DNA from: a bacterium
Lineage (GTDB): Bacteria; Margulisbacteria; Marinamargulisbacteria; GCA-2716485; GCA-002719695
NCBI GenBank assembly: GCA_002719695.1
Contig: PBEQ01000027.1
Coordinates: forward strand, 1-51,104
Reading direction: 5' to 3'
DNA length: 51,104 nucleotides
Shown: one piece after another, positions 26,966 to 34,239 of the stretch
Layout of the letters: every line of letters starts with the position of its first letter
How positions within the stretch are numbered: position 1 is the stretch's first letter
The notes under the pieces: model-generated
What the model saw: the letters and a program-made list of their open reading frames with translations, nothing else
The model's database searches: none
What the model was told of the DNA's origin: nothing
Position numbers and translations under genes: made by a program

Positions 26966-29794
26966 ATGGCGACACATCACGATAAAAAAATAAATTTACA
27001 AAAAACCATTAATCTTCCAAAAACAGATTTTCCTATGAGAGCAAATTTAGCTCAAAATGAACCTCAATCCATAAAACGATGGAAAAAATTAAATCTTTAC
27101 CAACAAATCATGGATTCGTCTCAAGATAACCCGTCATTCTTATTTCATGATGGCCCTCCTTATGCTAATGGAAATATTCATTTAGGGCATTTACTCAATA
27201 AAGTACTTAAAGATTTTGTTGTTAGAAGCCAACATTTCTTAGGAAAACAATGTAACTATACTCCTGGATGGGATTGTCATGGACTACCAATTGAACATAA
27301 AGTTATGGAAGCACTTACGGAATCTGGAAAACTTAATAAAATTAGTGATTTACCAAGAGATCATCAAAAAATGATTATACGTAATGAATGTTGTGCCTTT
27401 GCAAAAAAATATATTAAACTACAAGCAAATCAGATGCAGTCCTTACTTACATTAGCAGACTACGATAAACCTTACTTAACTATGAGTAAATCATTTGAAG
27501 CTAAAACAATGATGGTTTTTGCAAATCTCATATCAGAAGGCATTGTTTATAGACAGTTAAAACCTGTTCATTGGTCCATTGCAAATCAAACGGCTTTAGC
27601 TGAAGCTGAACTGGAGTATTATGATAAAACAGATACATCCATATATGTCTCATTTCCTATTCATAAGTCAGCCACTAATTCTGAGCTATTAGGCTTAGAT
27701 TGCAACTCAGTTTCTTTTTTAATTTGGACAACAACACCTTGGACCTTACCTGCAAATCGGGCCATTGCCATCCATGAAAAGCTAGATTATGTAATTGCTG
27801 AAATAAATAACCATAACTACATAGTTGCTAAAAATTGCGTTGCATCCATTCAAGAAAAACAAGGCACTACTATTACAATACAACATTCGATTTCTCCTGA
27901 AACATTACATAAATTAACGTATGATCATCCCTTTATGAAACTTACGAACCCTGTTATTTTTGGAGATTTTGTAACAGATGAAGATGGCACAGGACTCGTT
28001 CATATTGCACCAGGTCATGGAACAGATGATTATATAGCAGGCCTTAAAGCTGGACTCGAAGTATTCTGCCCTGTTCAGGCTGATGGCACCTATGATAACA
28101 GTGTACCTGATTGGATCAAGGGACAGTCAATTTGGGATGCCAACAATACTATTATTGATCACCTTAGGCTAACCAACCATCTTTTTTATTCTTATGAATT
28201 TAATCACTCATATCCGCATGATTGGCGATCTAAAACCCCCGTTATTTTTCGTGCAACTGAACAATGGTTTATTTCTGTAGATACTCCCTTAGCATCCTCT
28301 CAAAAATCATTAAGAGAGTTGTCATTAGCGGCTATTGATAATGACATTGAATTTGTTCCTCAATGGGGAAAAAATCGTTTGCGTGGTATGCTTGAATCAC
28401 GTCCTGATTGGTGTATTTCTCGTCAACGATCTTGGGGGCTACCTATCCCCGCTTTTAAATCGGGCGATACGTTGCTATTAACTGAAAAAACAACTACTCA
28501 TATTGCTCAGATTTTTGAACAAGAAGGATCTGATGCCTGGTTTAAAAAATCTGCTCAAGAGTTACTAGCTGATTATGATTTAGCTAACGATCCTGATTGC
28601 CCTGAAACATTTGATATTAGTAAGGCTGAAAAATTATATGATATCTTTGATGTGTGGTTTGAATCGGGTTCTTCATGGCAGGCAGTTATGCAGCCACAAC
28701 ATGGTAATTCTACCGTTGATTTATATCTTGAAGGGTCTGATCAGCACCGTGGTTGGTTTCATTTATCACTTCTGACTTGCCTTGGAGTACATCAGCGTGC
28801 ACCGTATAAACAATTACTTACTCATGGATTTATTGTTGATAAAGATGGCCGGAAAATGAGTAAATCATTAGGAAATACGCTTGATGTCAGTGATATTTTA
28901 GCCCAATATGGCGCTGAAGTAACACGGTGGTGGGTTAGCTCTCTTAACTATGAAAATGATATTAAGGTTGATATATCATTTTTTGATACAGCATCTGAAA
29001 CCTATCGGAAAATTCGCAATACAATTCGTTTTTTACTAAGCAACTTAACTCACTATACACTTCTATCAAACGAAGCCATTCAATCAGACTTTAATACGCT
29101 CTTTCCTGAAACATCCATTGAGTCTTATGTTCTGGAAAAATTAGATCATTATGAAACATCTATCCAGCAAGCCTTTGATTCCTTTCAATTTAAACAAGCT
29201 CATCAGTTAATTTATGAATGTTGCACCGATCTCTTATCATCATTTTATTGTGCAATTACTAAAGACACGCTTTATTGCGATGCTCCACAAGCTCCTAAAC
29301 GAGTTCGAATTCAAATAGCATATCAAATCATTCTTGAAAAATTAATTCGCCTTATCTACCCCATCTTACCTCATACTAGCGATGAAGCCTTTCAATCGCT
29401 ATATCAAGATAAAACACTATCGATTGCACTTGCCCCTCCATTTGATTTACCAAAAAGATCTACTTTAGAATCATGGGATCCACTTTTTTTAGCTCGTCAA
29501 GAAGCCCAAAAATGTTTGGAAACCTATAAAGATAAAGGCATTGAAAATGCTCTGGATGCAGAACTAATCCTGCCAGAATCTCTAAGGCAATTTCAATCAG
29601 GCTTCTTAGATTTAGCAGATATTTTTGGGGTTTCTCGAGTTAAATTCCATGATAGCGATATTATTGATATTAGAGATTTACGTGATGAGCCCCGATGCGA
29701 GCGATCTTGGAAACGAGATGAAACAGTATCATTAAGAGATAATGGGATGCATCTCTCCGAGAGAGACTATCTGGTTTTAAAGCAACTATCATGA
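26966..29794 (+). CDS. ileS: Isoleucine--tRNA ligase
   Basis: Contains the HIGH motif (PYANGNIHLGHLLNK), the KMSKS motif, the editing-domain region and WCISRQRSWG. Confidence 0.95.
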   Translation: MATHHDKKINLQKTINLPKTDFPMRANLAQNEPQSIKRWKKLNLYQQIMDSSQDNPSFLFHDGPPYANGNIHLGHLLNKVLKDFVVRSQHFLGKQCNYTPGWDCHGLPIEHKVMEALTESGKLNKISDLPRDHQKMIIRNECCAFAKKYIKLQANQMQSLLTLADYDKPYLTMSKSFEAKTMMVFANLISEGIVYRQLKPVHWSIANQTALAEAELEYYDKTDTSIYVSFPIHKSATNSELLGLDCNSVSFLIWTTTPWTLPANRAIAIHEKLDYVIAEINNHNYIVAKNCVASIQEKQGTTITIQHSISPETLHKLTYDHPFMKLTNPVIFGDFVTDEDGTGLVHIAPGHGTDDYIAGLKAGLEVFCPVQADGTYDNSVPDWIKGQSIWDANNTIIDHLRLTNHLFYSYEFNHSYPHDWRSKTPVIFRATEQWFISVDTPLASSQKSLRELSLAAIDNDIEFVPQWGKNRLRGMLESRPDWCISRQRSWGLPIPAFKSGDTLLLTEKTTTHIAQIFEQEGSDAWFKKSAQELLADYDLANDPDCPETFDISKAEKLYDIFDVWFESGSSWQAVMQPQHGNSTVDLYLEGSDQHRGWFHLSLLTCLGVHQRAPYKQLLTHGFIVDKDGRKMSKSLGNTLDVSDILAQYGAEVTRWWVSSLNYENDIKVDISFFDTASETYRKIRNTIRFLLSNLTHYTLLSNEAIQSDFNTLFPETSIESYVLEKLDHYETSIQQAFDSFQFKQAHQLIYECCTDLLSSFYCAITKDTLYCDAPQAPKRVRIQIAYQIILEKLIRLIYPILPHTSDEAFQSLYQDKTLSIALAPPFDLPKRSTLESWDPLFLARQEAQKCLETYKDKGIENALDAELILPESLRQFQSGFLDLADIFGVSRVKFHDSDIIDIRDLRDEPRCERSWKRDETVSLRDNGMHLSERDYLVLKQLS

Positions 29795-30804
29795 GCAAGC
29801 GTTATGATATTTGTGGTATTGGAAATGCTTTAGTTGATCAGCAATATAAAATTCCTTTTGAAACATTAGAAACACTAGGTTTAACCCATGGCCAAATGAC
29901 ATTAGCAACGCTTGATGAGCAAAATACCTTACTTGATTTTTTAGCAGACAAACAATTTCCTTTTATTTCAAGTTGTGGCGGATCTGCAACCAATAGTTTG
30001 GTAGCCTCCTCTAGTTTTGGATCGTCTTGCATTCAACTATATCGTGTTGCTAGTGATAATACCGGTTATACATATCGAAATAATTTAACTGACTTTGGTG
30101 TTGAGTCACATCACTTAGACAGCCATGATCATGATGAGTTACCGACTGGTAGTTGTGTCGTCTTAGTTACCCCAGATTCTCAACGCACTATGAGTACTTA
30201 CCTAGGTATCAGTGCGCATATGACAGAATCATTTATCTCTGAATCTATTATTGCTCAATCTAAGATCATGTATTTAGAAGGGTATATGGTTACTAATCCA
30301 GATAATTTTAAAACAACCTTATTAGCGTCTCAGTATGCTAAACAGGCACAGACCAAACGTGCTTTATCATTATCAGACCCTGGGATTGTGACTCATTTTT
30401 ATGATGCCTTTGTTCAACTTTGTGAACCCAAAATGGATATTATCTTTTGTAATGAAGCCGAAGCCTTGGCTTTTACCAAAACACATTCTCTGCAAGAAGC
30501 TGAAACATCGTTATTAAGGTATACTGATACCTTTGTGATTACACGAGGAGAGCATGGCGCTGTGATGTATGATGGATCCAAAATCCATGTTGTTCCAGGA
30601 AAACCCGTTAAAGCTATTGATACTAATGGGGCTGGTGATATTTTTGCTGGAGCCTTTTTATCAGCTTTGTTAAAACAAAACTCTTATTATGACGCCGCTG
30701 TCTTTGCTAATGAAGCAGCGTCTTTACTTGTTCAACAGTTTGGCCCTCGCTTATCAAAAGAGCATTATCACGGTTTACTTTCTTTTATGTCTGATCAGCA
30801 CTAG
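29791..30804 (+). CDS. PfkB-family carbohydrate/adenosine kinase
   Basis: Contains the GGSATN-type motif (CGGSATNS) and DTNGAGDIFAGAFL. Its ATGA start overlaps the ileS stop. Confidence 0.8.
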   Translation: MSKRYDICGIGNALVDQQYKIPFETLETLGLTHGQMTLATLDEQNTLLDFLADKQFPFISSCGGSATNSLVASSSFGSSCIQLYRVASDNTGYTYRNNLTDFGVESHHLDSHDHDELPTGSCVVLVTPDSQRTMSTYLGISAHMTESFISESIIAQSKIMYLEGYMVTNPDNFKTTLLASQYAKQAQTKRALSLSDPGIVTHFYDAFVQLCEPKMDIIFCNEAEALAFTKTHSLQEAETSLLRYTDTFVITRGEHGAVMYDGSKIHVVPGKPVKAIDTNGAGDIFAGAFLSALLKQNSYYDAAVFANEAASLLVQQFGPRLSKEHYHGLLSFMSDQH

Positions 30805-31024
30805 CCATTCTTTTTTCTACTTTTATTTTTAGTCTTTAGTTTATTTTTTATAATAAAATATGTTTTTATGATCTTAACAAACAGCTGCTAGCATTGTCTC
30901 TACCAGCTGTTTGTCATGTGATTCACCCCCTCCATAGCCCCCCTTTTATCTAGATGCTGCTGGTTCTAGTGCTGGATTATTAATTGACTCTACATCTATT
31001 TTTCCTAATCGTGCAGCTTCATTA

Positions 31025-31258
31025 CTAAATCATACTTCTTCTGCTTCTTTCTATATATTCTCTCACTCTTGATTGAATTTTTGTTGCGGCTGCTTGTTGT
31101 AATGCTTCTCCTCCTTCTGCTGTTTGTATTAATTCAAGTCCAGTGTCAGGAGTTGATCTTTGCGAAGTTATCGAAGCTGCTACTAAAGATACTAAAGCTC
31201 CTGCTGATGTGGATGTAGTGTTTCTGCTGGCTATAATGGATTCCTTACCGTTGAAGCC
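31025..31258 (-). pseudogene. Start-less stop-to-stop ORF (77 codons), a possible gene remnant with an IQ-like motif
   Basis: Translates as GFNGKESIIASRNTTSTSAGALVSLVAASITSQRSTPDTGLELIQTAEGGEALQQAAATKIQSRVREYIERSRRSMI. It has no early ATG, GTG or TTG. It follows a duplicated copy of the HEAT-gene leader. Confidence 0.3.
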
Positions 31259-31310
31259 CTATTGCAGAAGCTTCTATAAATTGTATTTATTTTATTTTAT
31301 TTTCTTCTTC

Positions 31311-31332
31311 CATCTTTTTAGTTAAAAAGATG
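31311..31332. repeat. Hairpin repeat, copy A (CATCTTTTTAGTTAAAAAGATG)
   Basis: This 22-mer is identical to 32679-32700 and has a similar T/A-rich flank (ATTTTATTTTAT). It lies 2 nt beyond the HEAT-gene stop. Confidence 0.8.
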
Positions 31333-31334
31333 GG

Positions 31335-32663
31335 TTAATATTTAATGAGTGCCTCTGCAACACTCACTCTTACACCTGGATCTAAATCATTTTGTAATCC
31401 CTCTAAAATAGTTCTCGCCAAATCAATATCTCTTATTTTCCCACTCACCTCTGCGACCCTCGCTTTTACCTTTGCATCTGGATGATTTACTAAGGCCTGT
31501 AAAATAGGGCATGCCAAAGCGATAGCTCCTATTTTTATGTAAGCCTCTGCGATCCTCAATTTCAACTCTGTATATGGATGATTTTGTAAGGTCTGTAAAA
31601 TAGGACACGCCAAATCGATAGCGCCTATTTTTCCGTATGCCTCTGCGACACACACTCTTACAACTGGATCTGGATCAGTTTGTAATTTCTGTAAAATAAG
31701 ACGAGTAAAACCGATAACTCCCCTTTCTCCGCACGCCTCTGCGACATGCTCTCTTACAACTGGATCTGGATCAGTTTGTAATTTCTGTAGAATAAGACGA
31801 ACCGAATCGCTATTTACTATTTTTCTGCACGCCTTTACGACACACACTCTTACAAATGAATCTGGATCAGTTTGTAATTTCTGTAAAATAGGACGAGCCT
31901 CTCCTATTTCTCCGTATGCCTCTGCGACACGCCCTCTTACAAATGAATCTGGATCAGTTTGTAATTCCTGTAAAATAGGACGAGCTGAATCGATAGCTCC
32001 TATTTTTATATACGCCTCTGCAACCCCCACTCTTACAGCTGGGAGTGGATCAGATTGTAATTTCTTTAAAATAGGACGAGCTAAATCGATAGCTCCTATT
32101 TTTATGTACGCCTCTGCGACACACACTCTTACAAATGAATCTGGATCAGTTTGTAATTTCTGTAAAATAAGACAAATCGAATCGCTATTTCTTATTTTTC
32201 CGCACGCCTCTGCGACACACACTCTTACACCTGGATCTAGATCATTTTGTAATTTTTGTAAAATAAGACGAGCAAATTTGCTATCTCCCATTTCTCCGCA
32301 CGCATCTGCAACACGCTCTCTTACAACTGGATCTGGATCAGTTTGTAATTTCTGTAAAATAAGACGAACTGAATCGCTATTTTCTATTTTTCTGCATGCA
32401 TCTACGACCATGAATCTTACCGACATTTTTAAATCTTTTTGTAAGCCCTCTAACATAGTTCTCGCCAAATCGATATGTCCTATTTTTGCGTACACGATAG
32501 CGATCCTTGCTTTTATATCTGGATCTGGATCAGTTTGTAAGTAATCTAAAATATCTCTTGCTTTTTCTTTTGGTGTCAAAATATTCCCTGATAAATTTAA
32601 TCTATCTAATGATCTTTGTAGTGGCCTAACACCTATATTTTGATTACTTACATTACTACTCAT
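31335..32663 (-). CDS. HEAT / PBS-lyase-like repeat protein (13 tandem 31-aa repeats)
   Basis: The repeat consensus is ARLILQKLQTDPDPVVRVCVAEAYGKIGAIDL, matching the pattern L..D.D..VR..AA.ALG.IG. The single 442-aa ORF spans the whole repeat array. Confidence 0.88.
   Translation of the reverse strand: MSSNVSNQNIGVRPLQRSLDRLNLSGNILTPKEKARDILDYLQTDPDPDIKARIAIVYAKIGHIDLARTMLEGLQKDLKMSVRFMVVDACRKIENSDSVRLILQKLQTDPDPVVRERVADACGEMGDSKFARLILQKLQNDLDPGVRVCVAEACGKIRNSDSICLILQKLQTDPDSFVRVCVAEAYIKIGAIDLARPILKKLQSDPLPAVRVGVAEAYIKIGAIDSARPILQELQTDPDSFVRGRVAEAYGEIGEARPILQKLQTDPDSFVRVCVVKACRKIVNSDSVRLILQKLQTDPDPVVREHVAEACGERGVIGFTRLILQKLQTDPDPVVRVCVAEAYGKIGAIDLACPILQTLQNHPYTELKLRIAEAYIKIGAIALACPILQALVNHPDAKVKARVAEVSGKIRDIDLARTILEGLQNDLDPGVRVSVAEALIKY
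31338..32561. repeat. Tandem coding repeat of about 93 bp, 13 copies, inside the HEAT gene
   Basis: The strings ggatctggatcagtttgtaatttctgtaaaata and cgcctctgcgacacacactcttaca recur at about 93-bp spacing. Confidence 0.85.
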
Positions 32664-32678
32664 TTTATTTTATCCTTT

Positions 32679-32700
32679 CATCTTTTTAGTTAAAAAGATG
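32679..32700. repeat. Hairpin repeat, copy B (CATCTTTTTAGTTAAAAAGATG), in the HEAT-gene leader
   Basis: Identical to 31311-31332. On the minus strand it ends 15 nt before the HEAT ATG, directly abutting the AAAGGA SD. Confidence 0.8.
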
Positions 32701-32832
32701 ATTTTTTTGTTTTTTATTGTTTTTTTGTGACAAGTCACAACACCTCTTTTATACGTGTTGCTTGTAATAAGCTAGCACCCCTTGAAAGATAGACGCCGTT
32801 ACAGACACTTATCAACTATCTTTATAGGATCT

Positions 32833-32955
32833 CTAGATTAATTTATAAATACTATTAACAAACTGTGGTGGTTTATAGTCCCAACGAATATGCCCTAATG
32901 AGAAGGTCATATTAATTAATAATTGGGATTGAAAATACTCTTGTGCTGTTAACAT
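32833..32955 (-). CDS. Small ORF (40 aa): MLTAQEYFQSQLLINMTFSLGHIRWDYKPPQFVNSIYKLI. It is either a coupled gene or the frameshifted tail of the upstream gene.
   Basis: Its ATG lies 2 nt after the stop of 32958-33290. I saw no independent SD. Confidence 0.25.
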   Translation of the reverse strand: MLTAQEYFQSQLLINMTFSLGHIRWDYKPPQFVNSIYKLI

Positions 32956-32957
32956 TC

Positions 32958-33290
32958 TTAGACCACACTTAACCTTTGGTTCAGTTTTGTTATGTTACAG
33001 CCTCTAGTCTTTCCGTTATCTAAAATACCGAGTTTACTTTCTTTAAAATAATCATATAAATTGGATTTTAATATCTTTTCTTTACGCTGTTGTTTGCTTT
33101 GATATCTCCATAAAAAAAGCACCCATAATGGGTGCTTTTTATCATAACGTTTCCACGATAATAATGTTGTTACAGAATCCCCCAAATGTTTAAAATACCA
33201 ACGAAATTCTCCCCCTCCAATTAATGGGGCAAAATCTTCTAACTCATTATAATCATGTTCATAATAATATAGTTTTTGTTTTTTACTCAC
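32958..33290 (-). CDS. Hypothetical protein (110 aa), orphan
   Basis: The ORF carries a W/Y/K-rich sequence (EFRWYFKHLG, HPLWVLFLWRYQSKQQRKEK). I recognised no family. Confidence 0.5.
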   Translation of the reverse strand: MSKKQKLYYYEHDYNELEDFAPLIGGGEFRWYFKHLGDSVTTLLSWKRYDKKHPLWVLFLWRYQSKQQRKEKILKSNLYDYFKESKLGILDNGKTRGCNITKLNQRLSVV

Positions 33291-33439
33291 CTTATTTACC
33301 TAATATAGTTTCCTTTACTTTTTTTAACTATTTTACTGCCTATTATCTTGTTATCCTTATTCAATCTAAAAAAATTTCAATAAATTTAAACTACTGCTTT
33401 TCTTTACTTTCCTACAGAACTCTAATATGTTAACAAAAT

Positions 33440-34162
33440 TTATTGATTATCTAAAGCAATGTACTTTAATCCGTGAAAAATCAGATTATCATCTAACACA
33501 TCCAATGATAACATCTCTTTAAAGACATTAAGTCCACTCCCAGTTCCTACAACTACAATATCATCATAGCATTGTCGATATTGCTTTATCATAGATTCAA
33601 TAATTCCATGAAAACCATGATACAGTCCTGCTTTAATTGCATCTTCTGTATTTTTTCCATACAGATCTTCTTTAGGCTTTACCCATACCAATGGCAACTT
33701 TGCTGTTTGATCGTTTAAAGCCCATGAACATAATCTCATTCCGGGAAAGATAGCGCCTCCCTCATAGACGCCATTACGATTCACTAAACAAAATGTTAAT
33801 GCTGTTCCAGAATCAATAACCAAGGCTGGACTCCCGTAAACCTGATAGGCTCCTAAAGCTGCCATCAACCGATCAGCCCCCACTTCATCAGGAGTTGGTA
33901 AATTTATCTTAAGAGGCATGGAGATCTGGTGATTAACAAAATAACACTGTGATGTTTGTATGGCTTTAAAAAGATCATCTTTTTTGGGAACAACGGATGC
34001 AATGTAACATAATGAATTCGCAAATAACTTCTGAACATGATCATGTGTCAGCTTATCGGTTGGAATCTGATCTTTTTTAGTAAAACCCCCTAAGTCTGTT
34101 AATTCACAAAAAGCACAAAAAGAATTACCAATATCAATTAAATATGTTTTTATTTTTTCCAT
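33440..34162 (-). CDS. coaX: Type III pantothenate kinase
   Basis: Motifs are YLIDIGNS, GADRLMAALGA and LVIDSGTALTF. The likely start is MEKIKTY at 34162. Confidence 0.85.
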   Translation of the reverse strand: MEKIKTYLIDIGNSFCAFCELTDLGGFTKKDQIPTDKLTHDHVQKLFANSLCYIASVVPKKDDLFKAIQTSQCYFVNHQISMPLKINLPTPDEVGADRLMAALGAYQVYGSPALVIDSGTALTFCLVNRNGVYEGGAIFPGMRLCSWALNDQTAKLPLVWVKPKEDLYGKNTEDAIKAGLYHGFHGIIESMIKQYRQCYDDIVVVGTGSGLNVFKEMLSLDVLDDNLIFHGLKYIALDNQ

Positions 34163-34239
34163 TTTGGGAATCTTAAGTAAATTAATTTTAAAAGGCAATA
34201 TGGTAAAAGAAAAAATAAGTTGTAAAATAGAGATTAGTT

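Noticed and set aside
31143-31325. The 60-aa + strand ORF in the spacer downstream of the HEAT gene.
   Set aside because: It has no SD and its tail is low-complexity (FFFHLFS). The opposite strand carries the more protein-like frame. I treat the region as a remnant, as described in the findings.
32104-32544. The 146-aa + strand ORF, and also the 76-aa ORF at 31423-31653 (-), inside the HEAT gene.
   Set aside because: These are out-of-frame or antisense read-throughs, kept open only by the repeat periodicity. Their peptides (SATHTLT... repeats) are low-complexity mirrors of the HEAT frame.
31338-32561. A regular repeat of about 93 bp that could be mistaken for a CRISPR-like array.
   Set aside because: The repeats are contiguous with no unique spacers. 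They lie in one continuous 442-codon frame and translate to a clean HEAT/PBS-lyase consensus. No cas genes are nearby.
33224-33433. The 69-aa + strand ORF overlapping the 5' end of 32958-33290.
   Set aside because: It is a hydrophobic, AT-driven frame in a promoter region, with no SD or motif.
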